From NCBI GenBank assembly GCA_903925685.1, contig CAIYGI010000146.1, positions 1-60,564 of the forward strand: a stretch of DNA of 60,564 nt. The letters run 5' to 3'. The notes below the pieces were generated by a model. It was not told where the DNA came from. It worked only from the letters and a program-made list of their open reading frames with translations, and did no database searches. The position numbers and the translations under genes are program-made. The stretch is from an uncultured bacterium (GTDB taxonomy: Bacteria; Verrucomicrobiota; Kiritimatiellia; CAIKKV01; CAIYGI01). Shown here in pieces: positions 1-9,543 of the stretch; the stretch's first letter is position 1; every line of letters begins with the position of its first letter.

Positions 1-127
1 CGATCTCTTCCGCTTGCTCTTTCCCGCCAAGGGACCATGAGCAACCCCTGACACGCCGCCCGCACTCTTCTACGGCCGCACATCTTCATCGTCCTAACTT
101 GCCTCACCTCCGCCCGCCGCCCCTATC

Positions 128-493
128 TCACTGACCCATTACAATCGTCTGTCCGGGTGTCTGGGGCATGCCACAGACACCCGGACAGGAACTGCTTTGG
201 CGTTGAAGAAGCATAACGAATGCAGGCCGGTCCGGTCGCGATCGTTCAGTCGGTCGCGTACGCCATCCTCCTATGCTAAAGCTATGGAGGACAAGTTGAT
301 TGGTTCGGCGTCGTAGTCGGAAGGAAGGATCGTCAAGCCAGGGCTCGGAGATACGTTTGCCGGGCAAATGCGGCGGCGGGCCGGTGGATGGGATCACGCG
401 CACGCCCCGATCCCACAATCCCAGATGCCGCAGCATGCATTCGATCACCTTGCGGAACCGTCGATATTCGTCATGGCGTTGAGGGGCGTTCAC
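128..493 (-). pseudogene. possible C-terminal remnant of an IS91-family (HUH/Y2) transposase
   Basis: 121-aa ORF with no catalytic N-terminal part. RFRKVIECMLRHLGLWD followed by Pro-rich GPPPHLPG resembles the conserved tail (..VI..IL.HLGL..) of IS91-type transposases. The rest is low complexity and reads through a hairpin repeat. Confidence 0.3.
149..188. repeat. perfect 15-bp stem hairpin (REP-like)
   Basis: CTGTCCGGGTGTCTG (149-163) pairs with CAGACACCCGGACAG (174-188) around the 10-nt loop GGGCATGCCA. Confidence 0.7.
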
Positions 494-508
494 GCCGCGC
501 TCGCGTAC

Positions 509-565
509 CCCACTCTCGGCGGCCTCGGCGAGGCCGCCCTACCAGGTTTCCACACGTCACTGATC
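509..565 (+). repeat. 57-nt dispersed repeat, copy 1, containing a GGCGGCCTC-GGC-GAGGCCGCC hairpin
   Basis: Ungapped alignment of 509-565 with 7457-7513 gives 51 of 57 identical bases. The first 35 nt differ at one base. The hairpin stem is 518-526/530-538. Confidence 0.85.
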
Positions 566-575
566 ACGGCTCTGG

Positions 576-3500
576 TTACTTCACTTCCAGATCGAAGCTC
601 TCCGAGTGGCTGTTGAACTCGGGGGCGTACATGCTCTGGATGCTGGCGATACCGGTCTGGTATTTGCCCTTGAGCTGGATGCGGACGCTGTACTCGAAGA
701 CATACACGCCCTTGGGCAGATAGTGGATGAAGAAGTGGCTCGCGGTGTCGCGGGTGCTTTCGTAGTACGCCAGCCCGTCCTGGAACTTGGTCTGGCTCAG
801 CACATTCACCGGTTCGGTGCCGCTGCCGCGCTGGTCCTTGAGATGGACATATTCCATGTCGCGATCCACGCGCAACTCCAGACGCACGACCAGCTCGTCG
901 CCGACCGCCAGCGAACCTTTGACCGGCTGCAGTACCTGGCCGGTCTTGGTGTTGTCCTTGCGGTAAAGCGTCTTCTTCAACTTCAGCGGCGTGCCTTCAT
1001 AGGGCGTGACCTTGGTCATGTCCTCCAGGTATTGCCAGTACACACTGCCCCAACTGACGCCTTCGTCGGTTTTCTTCACTGTGACGCTGCCCATGGCCGG
1101 CTTGATCTCGCCGCGCACGAATTTCTTTTCGTAGAAGCCGGTGCCGGCCTCGACCTTTTCGGGCTTGATCGTCTCGCCGCCCAGACTGACCTCGACCAGC
1201 GCGTCGCTGGCGAGCAGGTTCCTGCCGCGCAAGAGCAACCCATAGACGGCGTCGGCGGTGGCCTTGGTGGTCTTCCAGTCCTGCGTCTGCTTCTGTTTCA
1301 GCAGCCAGACCTTGCAGTCCTCGACCGCCTGGGCGTCGCCCATGACCTCGTCGAAGGCCTCGATCATCAGCGCCTGCGTCTCGATCGGCGCGCGATACCA
1401 CCACCAGCTCAGTTCGAGATCGCGCCAAAAAAGGCCCATCTCCTCGTTGCTGACCGAGCGCTCCTTGATGGATTTCATGATCGCGACCGGCGTCTCGGCA
1501 TCGCCGAAGCGCTTCAGGGCGATGGCGAGATGGCCCTGCGATTGCCGGCAATCCAGCTTGAGCCAGAACTTGCGCGACTGCTGAAGGAAAAAGTCCAGGG
1601 CGTCCTGGCGATCTTTTGCGACCGGCATGTCCTTGAGGAAGAAACTGCGGCCGTACAGGTAGAATGCATCCGTGGAGCCCGGCACATAGTCCTCCGGGCG
1701 GGGCATTTTCAGAATGTCGTGGTAGCGCTTGTCCATCCAGCCGTCGAGCGCGTTCAAGGCCTTGAGCGCCGCACTCATGTCCACATTCTCCGCGCCAAGG
1801 TGCCGCAACCTTCCGAAGCCGGTCACGATGTAGAGCGTGATGTATTCATCGCCCCGGCAGCCGGGGAACCACGGCCACAAGCCGTCGCCGAGCTGCATCT
1901 GGGCCAGTTTGTCGAAGGCCCGCTTGGTCTCGGCGTCGAGCCGGGTGGCGTCGAACAGGATGCCGACGTTGCGGCGGGCCTGGCTTTCGTCGTTGCCCTG
2001 ACGCAGCCACGGCGTTTCTTCGAGCATCACCGACTTAAGCTCCTGGTTCTTCTCCAACGGACTGTCGAGCGCCGGGGTGTTCTTCCAGAGGTCGAAGATG
2101 CGGCGGATTTTCGGATCGGCATTGGCAATGAAGCGCGCCAGCGCGTTGGCATAGAGCCGGTTGAAGGTCTGCTCGCTGCACTCGTAGGGATATTCCATCA
2201 GGTACGGCAGCGCCATCACCGCATACCAGGCCGGCTGGGAAACCATCTGCACCGTCAAGTTCTCGCTCTTCAACGTCCGCGAGCGGCCCGATTCCCGCAA
2301 CTTGGCGAAGTCGAACTTCTTCGTCTGAATCCCGCGAATCGGCAGCGGCAGCGACTCGATCACCAGTATCCGCCGCGACAAGACCGGCAGATAGCCTTCC
2401 TCGCCGTCGCTAAGCCGGTCGGTCGCGCCGACGGCCTTGTAAGTCAGGAAATCGCAACCATCCGGAATCGACATCCGCCACGCGAACGACTTCGACTCCT
2501 TCGCCGGGATGTCGAACCCATATTCTGAATTCTGAATACCGAATTCTGAATTCAGCTCTTTCAGCGTCCGCGCATCGGCGAGCGTGAGCCTGACCTTGCC
2601 GGTCTGGCGGGCGGCCGACTGGTTGCTGACCTTGACGGTGAACTCGACGATGTCGCCCTCACGCACGAAGCGCGGCGGGTTCGGCTCGACCATCAGATCC
2701 TTGCTCGTAACGGCCTTGTCGGCGAGAAAGCCCGCGCGCAGTTCGCGATCATGGACAAAACTCATGAACTTCCACTCGGTCAACGCCTCCGGCATGCTGA
2801 ACTCCATCTTCACCAAACCGTCCTTGTCGCTGAGCAGGTGCGGGAAGAAAAACGCCGTCTCGTTCAGATTCTTGCGAGCCGCGACCTTGTTCAGGTCCGG
2901 TTGCTGTGCTCTTCCGCCTGCCGCGACAAAGCCCGCGGCTTTTTCAGCGGGGCTTGCGGGCACGGCAAGTGCGGCGGGTGCACCGGCCGGCATCATCGCT
3001 GGCTCCTGCATACCGGCCATCGCATTCTTATCCTGTTCCACACCATCTACCGACATTTTATTAATAGACATCGTACGCCTGGAAACGCCGTAAGCGCGCA
3101 TTCCTCCCCTGCCATTCTTTCCACCACGGGAGTAGCCGTAGCCCCAGAGGTTGGCGGTAATGTCGTTGGGGTAGTGCCGGTAACTCAGATCGGCATGCCG
3201 GGAATCGCTCCGCCAGCCGCCGATGACATGTTGGAAACTGACCGCGCCATTTTCAAATTGCGGGTAGACGCGGTTGTATTCGCGGCGGAAGACGTCGAAG
3301 CCTTGCATCCAGTCATGCGGCTGGTACTGGTCAAGCGATGCGTCGTACAGTCCGGCCACCATCTCGGCAACGGCGCCCTTGGCGTCATGGCCGGTTACAA
3401 CTGCTGTCCAGGTCGCTTTCTTGCCCGGCTCCAACTTGGAGGTAAAGTGTTCCCATTTCACCGTCAAAGTCTTGTTCGACCACGGCACATCCACAACCCT

Positions 3501-6500
3501 GTTTTCAAGATAAGCGCGGTTCTCGCGGACATAGGTGACGCGCAGAGTGAACCCGCCGCGCAACTCTTCAGTGACGGCCTGTTCGATCAATTCCTGCGTC
3601 CGCTCGGCGGCGGTCCACCAGCCGCGCAGCAATTTGCCGCCCTGTTCCAATTCCACGTAGGCCCGCCCGGAGTCGTAGCCGGTGCCCCAAAGCGCGACAA
3701 AATTCGTGCCCGGCTCAACCGACCAGTTCGGCGCGGCCACGCGATTCGCCTGGCGGATCTTGTATTTCGGCGCTTTCAGATCCACAACCTGCACTGTATG
3801 CCGGGACGTGACCGCCTTGCCGAAGCGATCCTTCGTTTCCAGCATCGCACGGTAGATGCCGGCCTTGAGTTGAACCGGCATTTTCAGTTTGCCCGTGGCA
3901 TCCGTCTTGAACGGCTGTTCGGCGACGACTTCCGACAGTTCCCAGGAGTCGGGATTGGCCGGATCGGTCTTCGGCTCGGCGTTCACGCCAAGATTGGCGC
4001 GGAACCACCAGTAATCGTAGTGAGAGGCCGCAAACTCGGCGCGCACAACCTTTTCCGGTTGCTTCAGCGCATGGATCTTCAAGATCCCGTCCGCGGCCTG
4101 TGGTTCGCCGTCGAGCGATTCCGTCTCGATGCTCCACTCCACCGCTTTGTCGGGCGTCTGCCATTCCCCGGCGTTGAGCGTGGTCTGCAACGCGGTGTAA
4201 CCGGCCCGTACGCTCCGGCTGTCGGAGCGCGTTTCACCGGTCGAGTCGGTCACGTCGGCATAAACCTGGAAGGTGAATGTCGGCTCGGTCTTCTCCGGCG
4301 CCGAGAGGTCGGGCGCGGCCAGAAACGCGATCGTGAACGCGCCGTCGCTGCCGCTGGTCGCGGTGCCGTGGGCGATGTTCTGACTGTCGCCGTGGTTCGG
4401 CGGCATGCAATAGCGGCCCCACCAGCACCAGTCGGGGAACCGGACTTCGCGCACGACCCGCCACTTGATCTTCGCGCCGCCGATGGCCGCGCCGGTATAG
4501 GCGCTGGCCTTGCCGGGCACGGTCACCCCGGCGCCCAGTTTCGCCGCCTGCTTCGGCCGTGAAAGTTCGACCTGGAACTTCGGACGCTTGTATTCCTCGA
4601 CATTGAAGGTGGCCGAGCCTTTGCCTGCGTGCCAGATGGTCATGCGGCCCATGACGCGATCACGAGGTGCGGTAAACACTCCATCGAATGAGCCGTAGTC
4701 ATTGCTCTTATGTGTGGCGTGGGCAATCTCCTTGCCGTTCGAATCGCGGAACTCCACCACTATCTCCTCGCCGGCGATCGTTCCGTAATTATTCTTGGGG
4801 CGATTGTAGCGGTAGTGGATGCCCTTGTAGTAGATCGTCTGGCCGGGCCGGTAGAGCGCGCGGTCGGTGAAGAAGACCGTGGCGTGGTCCGCGGGATCGG
4901 CTCGCTCCCCGCCCATCCCGAACACGTTGTCGCTGGACACGGCCTGGTCGCCATTGCGGGCCAGCAACAGCAGTTGACGTCCGCCCTGGCTGGCGAAGCG
5001 GAACATGCCGTTCTCATCGGTTGTCGCCGCCGACTCTGGTTTGAGCCATCCCTCCCGGTCGCGCGCCCACGCGCGCACCGTCGCGCCCGTAATCGGTTCG
5101 CCGGTCAGCGCCTTGAGCACGAAGCCGTCGAGCGGGCCGCCATCCATGTGCGGGCGGACCACCAGCGCGAGGTCGCTGATCCAGACGATCGCGGCGGAAA
5201 CCTGGTTGTTATCCTTGCCGAAATTCGCGTCGTGGCTGGCGAGGATTACATAGAAGCCCGGCTTAAGATTTTTGGGCGCCGGCATTTTTTCGGTGAGTTC
5301 GCGATAATCGGCGGTGGCCGGCAGGGTGGTCTTCCATTCGGCGGCCGCCTTGTTCTTGAGGAGTTCCCGACAGAACTTCTCGTCCAATCCGCCAAAGCCC
5401 CAGCGTTGCCCGGCAAGATACTTGTCGAAGTCGTACGGCACGGCCCGCAGGAAAACCTGGGACAAATTGCGATAGGTGACGTTGATCGCCGGCCAGGGCT
5501 CGTTCCAGACGCGCTCGGTGGCGATGCTGACCGATTTCGCCTCAATCTGCTGCAGCAGGTTGTAGCACCAGATGCCGCCCACGCTCTTTGGGTAAAGATC
5601 CGCGCCGCGCTTGGCGAGTTTGTGCGCCTCGGCTGGATCGCCTTCGCCGTTGAGCAGCGTCGCCCAGGCGAATAACGCGCGTGCCGAGATCTCGTGGTCC
5701 GCCCATTCGTCGCTATACCGTTTCAGCGCTGTTATGTAATTGTCGTTCTTTTCGGGACCCACTGCCATGTTGTTGCCCAGGCTGAGACGCCAGAGATCGG
5801 CGTCGGCAAAGGCCGTCTTGTCGGCGTCGTTGCGGTGGAACGCCAGCAGGTTCTGGAACAGCCGCACGGCCTTGTACCTGGGCGAATCGGACGCGGCGGC
5901 GTCCGGCTGCCATTTCAAAAACTGCGCGACCGTCCCGAAGACCGGGCTGTCGGCGGCAATCTCAAACTCGTCCTCGGCCTTGGCCGCGCCCTGTTCGCCG
6001 GCCTGGTAGAACTGCAGCGCCTCGTGGGCCAAAAAGTCGAAGACCGTGGGGCGATAGGTGTCGGGCATGGCGCCCTTTTCCAGCAGGTCATTGTAGTCGC
6101 TGACCGGCGTGGCCTTGAGCAGCTTTTCGTTGGCGAGCGCGACGGTGAAATGTTTGTCGATTTCGGCGAGGATGCGCGGCAGGTCCCAGGTGGTGAAATC
6201 CTTGCCAGGCGCCTCGGCAGTCGCGGTGCGCTGCTGGAAACGCCAGCGGTTCTGCTGGAAATACTGCCAGTACCAATGGGCGAGGATCGCCTCCATCATC
6301 GGCTTCATCTCCGCCGGCGCCTTGGCGATTTCGGCCTGCAAACGGACCACCTTTTCCTCCGGCTTGTTGCCCTGGATGTTGCCTTCGAGGGCGATCTTCA
6401 TGCCGACCGCCTTGATCGCCTCCGCATAGCGTTTGTTTTGCAGGGCATCGGCCACGATCGGTTCGAGTTCCGCGATGGCCGTCTTAGGCAGGCCTTTGTC

Positions 6501-6602
6501 GATCGCCTGCTGGACCTTTTCCCAATTCGTGGCCGCCGCCGCTTGCATGGCCGACAGCGCTGCGATAATGGCGACTACGATTCTGGTTTTGTCGATTAAC
6601 AT
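576..6602 (-). CDS. alpha-2-macroglobulin family protein (large, thioester-type), secreted
   Basis: 2008 aa. N-terminal signal peptide MLIDKTRIVVAIIAALSAMQAAAA. CxEQ thioester motif YPYECSEQTF (CSEQ at 2169-2180). KNLNETAFFFPHL A2M-domain start follows a disordered bait-like stretch. AGGAG RBS lies 9 nt upstream of the ATG. Confidence 0.9.
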   Translation of the reverse strand: MLIDKTRIVVAIIAALSAMQAAAATNWEKVQQAIDKGLPKTAIAELEPIVADALQNKRYAEAIKAVGMKIALEGNIQGNKPEEKVVRLQAEIAKAPAEMKPMMEAILAHWYWQYFQQNRWRFQQRTATAEAPGKDFTTWDLPRILAEIDKHFTVALANEKLLKATPVSDYNDLLEKGAMPDTYRPTVFDFLAHEALQFYQAGEQGAAKAEDEFEIAADSPVFGTVAQFLKWQPDAAASDSPRYKAVRLFQNLLAFHRNDADKTAFADADLWRLSLGNNMAVGPEKNDNYITALKRYSDEWADHEISARALFAWATLLNGEGDPAEAHKLAKRGADLYPKSVGGIWCYNLLQQIEAKSVSIATERVWNEPWPAINVTYRNLSQVFLRAVPYDFDKYLAGQRWGFGGLDEKFCRELLKNKAAAEWKTTLPATADYRELTEKMPAPKNLKPGFYVILASHDANFGKDNNQVSAAIVWISDLALVVRPHMDGGPLDGFVLKALTGEPITGATVRAWARDREGWLKPESAATTDENGMFRFASQGGRQLLLLARNGDQAVSSDNVFGMGGERADPADHATVFFTDRALYRPGQTIYYKGIHYRYNRPKNNYGTIAGEEIVVEFRDSNGKEIAHATHKSNDYGSFDGVFTAPRDRVMGRMTIWHAGKGSATFNVEEYKRPKFQVELSRPKQAAKLGAGVTVPGKASAYTGAAIGGAKIKWRVVREVRFPDWCWWGRYCMPPNHGDSQNIAHGTATSGSDGAFTIAFLAAPDLSAPEKTEPTFTFQVYADVTDSTGETRSDSRSVRAGYTALQTTLNAGEWQTPDKAVEWSIETESLDGEPQAADGILKIHALKQPEKVVRAEFAASHYDYWWFRANLGVNAEPKTDPANPDSWELSEVVAEQPFKTDATGKLKMPVQLKAGIYRAMLETKDRFGKAVTSRHTVQVVDLKAPKYKIRQANRVAAPNWSVEPGTNFVALWGTGYDSGRAYVELEQGGKLLRGWWTAAERTQELIEQAVTEELRGGFTLRVTYVRENRAYLENRVVDVPWSNKTLTVKWEHFTSKLEPGKKATWTAVVTGHDAKGAVAEMVAGLYDASLDQYQPHDWMQGFDVFRREYNRVYPQFENGAVSFQHVIGGWRSDSRHADLSYRHYPNDITANLWGYGYSRGGKNGRGGMRAYGVSRRTMSINKMSVDGVEQDKNAMAGMQEPAMMPAGAPAALAVPASPAEKAAGFVAAGGRAQQPDLNKVAARKNLNETAFFFPHLLSDKDGLVKMEFSMPEALTEWKFMSFVHDRELRAGFLADKAVTSKDLMVEPNPPRFVREGDIVEFTVKVSNQSAARQTGKVRLTLADARTLKELNSEFGIQNSEYGFDIPAKESKSFAWRMSIPDGCDFLTYKAVGATDRLSDGEEGYLPVLSRRILVIESLPLPIRGIQTKKFDFAKLRESGRSRTLKSENLTVQMVSQPAWYAVMALPYLMEYPYECSEQTFNRLYANALARFIANADPKIRRIFDLWKNTPALDSPLEKNQELKSVMLEETPWLRQGNDESQARRNVGILFDATRLDAETKRAFDKLAQMQLGDGLWPWFPGCRGDEYITLYIVTGFGRLRHLGAENVDMSAALKALNALDGWMDKRYHDILKMPRPEDYVPGSTDAFYLYGRSFFLKDMPVAKDRQDALDFFLQQSRKFWLKLDCRQSQGHLAIALKRFGDAETPVAIMKSIKERSVSNEEMGLFWRDLELSWWWYRAPIETQALMIEAFDEVMGDAQAVEDCKVWLLKQKQTQDWKTTKATADAVYGLLLRGRNLLASDALVEVSLGGETIKPEKVEAGTGFYEKKFVRGEIKPAMGSVTVKKTDEGVSWGSVYWQYLEDMTKVTPYEGTPLKLKKTLYRKDNTKTGQVLQPVKGSLAVGDELVVRLELRVDRDMEYVHLKDQRGSGTEPVNVLSQTKFQDGLAYYESTRDTASHFFIHYLPKGVYVFEYSVRIQLKGKYQTGIASIQSMYAPEFNSHSESFDLEVK

Positions 6603-6619
6603 GGCATATCACTCCTGAT

Positions 6620-7267
6620 TCATGACATGGACTGGCCGCATTCGGGACAGAATTTAGCGCCCGGCGACACCTCGCTGGCGCACTTGGGACAACTGTTCTT
6701 GATGGCGAGTTTCTCGCCGCATTGTGGACAAAATTTTGCGCCCTTGGTTTCGGCTCCGCACTTGGGGCAGACCAGTTGCCGGTCGCGCTTGACGTCCATT
6801 TTCTTGCCCCGCGACACACCTTCCGCCGCGGCCTTTTCGCCGGCGCCGGACACCTCGCCGGCTGCGCGCGCGGCCTCGATTTCCACTTCCGCATTGGGGG
6901 CACACTTCAAGCAAAGGCCCTTATCCTTGTTCCAGCAGGGGTCGCAGACATACTCCGTACAGCGCGCACAGCGGTGGAAGTGCTTTTTGGCCTGTTCGAT
7001 GGCGGCCAGGAAGGCGGCGTCGTGAGCGTTGCCGTAACCCGATTCCACTATGCTCTCAGCCACATTGCCCGCCGTGCCGATCGCTCCTCCCAGCAGGCCC
7101 GCAGCCTTGCTCAGCCAGCCCGAGGCGCGGCCGCTCCGAAAGGGCACGAACGAGGAGCGGAAGCGGTCGCCGCAACGCTCGCAGTTGAATTCGAACTGAA
7201 AACCCGCATTGGTGCCGGATTTAACCGACAGATCGTTGAAGTTGTTGCTGAATTGAATCTCGCTCAT
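6620..7267 (-). CDS. zinc-ribbon domain-containing protein (multiple CxxC pairs)
   Basis: I start at the internal ATG (MSEIQFSNNF); the upstream part of the tracked ORF translates the REP hairpins. CxxC pairs include CERCG, CARC..CDPC..CLKC, and a C-terminal double ribbon CPKCG..CPQCG..CPKC..CPECG. The stop is 17 nt before the A2M start. Confidence 0.7.
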   Translation of the reverse strand: MSEIQFSNNFNDLSVKSGTNAGFQFEFNCERCGDRFRSSFVPFRSGRASGWLSKAAGLLGGAIGTAGNVAESIVESGYGNAHDAAFLAAIEQAKKHFHRCARCTEYVCDPCWNKDKGLCLKCAPNAEVEIEAARAAGEVSGAGEKAAAEGVSRGKKMDVKRDRQLVCPKCGAETKGAKFCPQCGEKLAIKNSCPKCASEVSPGAKFCPECGQSMS

Positions 7268-7394
7268 AAGCACTCCCCCACATTCAAGACGTTTGCCCAC
7301 TCCTATTCCTTCAAACTTATAGGACAGGGCCTCTGGAGCGTCAAGCAAGATGGCGCGCCAAGAGTAATGGGTCGGTGACGTAGTGGAAGGGCAC

Positions 7395-7513
7395 GGTAGG
7401 GCGCTCTCGCCGAGAGCGCCGTCTTTGATCTCGCTCAACCCTCCACCTGTTCGCATCCCACTCACGGCGGCCTCGGCGAGGCCGCCCTACCTTGTTTCTC
7501 CACGTCACTGACC
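7395..7513. repeat. inverted pair of REP-like hairpins plus copy 2 of the 57-nt repeat
   Basis: GGTAGGGCGCTCTCGCCGAGAGCGCC (7395-7420) faces GGCGGCCTCGGCGAGGCCGCCCTACC (7466-7491). Repeat copy 2 is 7457-7513. TCACTGACCCATTAC (7505-7519) recurs at 128-142. Confidence 0.85.
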
Positions 7514-7568
7514 CATTACCGCAAAGAGCAATTGGTCGGAAACGAAAGTATTTCCTAACAGTCTAACA

Positions 7569-7588
7569 GCCTTCAGCCTATCAACCTG
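7569..7588 (+). repeat. CCTTCAGCCTA-type dispersed intergenic word
   Basis: GCCTTCAGCCTATCAACCTG. Related copies are at 31161-31180, 54302-54329 and, inverted, 33908-33960. Confidence 0.7.
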
Positions 7589-7736
7589 CATCCTTTGGGA
7601 TGCAACTGGCGCGGATGCTGGCGCGGGTGCTTGAATGTCGCCGGATTAAGCGTATAAGGATTCCTCTTCAGGTGCTTCGCAAACTCATCCCGGACGATCC
7701 CGGTCGTCCGGACTCAACGGGATGGTTCGATTTAAT

Positions 7737-8840
7737 ATGAAAAAAACGAAAATTGGTCTCGTCGGATGCGGAAATATCAGCGGCATATATTTCAAAACCT
7801 GCCAGGCCATGGAGGCGGTGGAGATCGTGGCCTGCGCCGACCTGATGGTCGAGCGCGCGGAAGCCAAGGCCGCGGAATTCAAAATCCCCAAGGCGTGTTC
7901 CGTGGACGAGATCATGAACGATCCCGCCATTGACATCATCCTGAACCTCACCATACCCGGCGCCCATGCCAAAGTCGCGCTGGCCGCCATCAAGGCCGGC
8001 AAACATGTTTACGGGGAAAAACCGCTGGCGACCAACCGGGCCGACGGGCTGAAAATACTGGACGCCGCCAAGCGGAAAAAAGTCCGCGTCGGCTCGGCGC
8101 CCGACACTTTTTTGGGCGGGGGCATCCAGACCTGCCGGAAGCTGATCGCCGACGGCTGGATCGGCGAACCGATCGGCGCCTCCGCCTTCATGACCTGCCA
8201 TGGGCATGAAAGCTGGCACCCGGATCCCGAATTCTATTACAAGCGCGGCGGCGGGCCGATGCTCGACATGGGCCCCTACTATCTCACCGCATTGATCAAC
8301 CTGATGGGGCCGGTAAAACGCGTCAGCGGAGCCGTACGAACGACCTTCCCCAGCCGCCTGATCACCAGCAAGCCCAAATCCGGGACCGTCATCAAGGTGG
8401 ACACCCCCACCCACATCGCGGGCACAATGGAGTTCGCCAGTGGAGCCGTCGGCACAATCGTCACCAGTTTCGATGTCTGGGCCGCTCAACTGCCCCGCAT
8501 CGAAATCTACGGAACCCTGGGATCATTGAGCGTTCCCGATCCCAACAACTTCGGCGGCACGGTCAAGATTTTCCGGCCTGGGCAAGCCGACTGGGCGGAA
8601 GTTCCGCTGGCTTACGGCTACGCGGAAAACAGCCGCGGGCTGGGCGTTGCCGAGATGGCCGCCGCCATCCGGTCCGGCCGACCCCACCGGGCGAGCGGCG
8701 AACTGGCTTATCATGTTCTGGACGTGATGCTGTCGTTCGAGGATGCCTGTACATCCGGAAGATATGTAACCCTGAAAAGCACCTGCAAACAACCGGCGCT
8801 CTTCCCGATCGGCTTGCGCCATGGGACGGTAGACCGCTGA
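7737..8840 (+). CDS. Gfo/Idh/MocA family oxidoreductase
   Basis: N-terminal Rossmann motif KIGLVGCGNISGIY. About 367 aa, with the typical family layout. Confidence 0.85.
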   Translation: MKKTKIGLVGCGNISGIYFKTCQAMEAVEIVACADLMVERAEAKAAEFKIPKACSVDEIMNDPAIDIILNLTIPGAHAKVALAAIKAGKHVYGEKPLATNRADGLKILDAAKRKKVRVGSAPDTFLGGGIQTCRKLIADGWIGEPIGASAFMTCHGHESWHPDPEFYYKRGGGPMLDMGPYYLTALINLMGPVKRVSGAVRTTFPSRLITSKPKSGTVIKVDTPTHIAGTMEFASGAVGTIVTSFDVWAAQLPRIEIYGTLGSLSVPDPNNFGGTVKIFRPGQADWAEVPLAYGYAENSRGLGVAEMAAAIRSGRPHRASGELAYHVLDVMLSFEDACTSGRYVTLKSTCKQPALFPIGLRHGTVDR

Positions 8841-8871
8841 CTGACATGCAATTTTTGAAAGGAACAGAGCC

Positions 8872-9519
8872 ATGAAGAAAGCACTGATGGTTTGGGGCGG
8901 ATGGGACGGGCATGAGCCCCGTCAATGCGTGGAATTGTTGGCGCCGGTTTTAAAACACGAGGGCTTTGACGTGGAAATATCCACGACCCTCGACGCCTAT
9001 CTCGACGAAGCCCGGATGAAGTCGCTCAGCCTGATCGTCCAGTGCTGGACGATGGGCACAATCACCAAAGAACAGGAAAAGGCCCTTTTGGCAACCGTCA
9101 AATCGGGAGTCGGCATGGCCGGCTGGCATGGCGGCATGTGCGATGCCTTCCGGCAAAATTGCGACTACCAGTTCATGACCGGCGGGCAATGGGTGGCCCA
9201 TCCCGGCGGCATTGTGGATTACACCGTCAATATCACGAACAAAACCGATCCCATCACCAGGGGGTTGAACGATTTCAAGATGCATTCCGAGCATTATTAC
9301 ATGCACACCGATCCCGGCAACGAAGTGCTCGCCACCACCACCTTCACCGAAGGCTTTGACGCGCCCTGGGTGGTCGGGGCGGTGATGCCTCAAGTCTGGA
9401 AACGGAAATGGGGCGCGGGCCGGATTTTTTATTCGGCCCTCGGTCATACCGCCGTCGATTTCGAAACCCCAGAGGTAAAGGAAATCATGCGCCGGGGCAT
9501 GCTCTGGGCCGCCCGTTAA
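8872..9519 (+). CDS. ThuA domain-containing protein
   Basis: 215 aa starting [16 protein letters not shown], typical of ThuA-like proteins. Pairing with a Gfo/Idh/MocA oxidoreductase is common. Confidence 0.75.
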   Translation: MKKALMVWGGWDGHEPRQCVELLAPVLKHEGFDVEISTTLDAYLDEARMKSLSLIVQCWTMGTITKEQEKALLATVKSGVGMAGWHGGMCDAFRQNCDYQFMTGGQWVAHPGGIVDYTVNITNKTDPITRGLNDFKMHSEHYYMHTDPGNEVLATTTFTEGFDAPWVVGAVMPQVWKRKWGAGRIFYSALGHTAVDFETPEVKEIMRRGMLWAAR

Positions 9520-9543
9520 CCACAGCTCTGACCACAACCGAAC

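Noticed and set aside
606-6599. Long plus-strand ORFs (640, 603, 321 and 301 aa) covering the A2M locus
   Set aside because: They are antisense to a well-supported 2008-aa gene and have Arg/Ala/Gly/Pro-rich low-complexity translations with no motifs. These are typical shadow ORFs of high-GC DNA.
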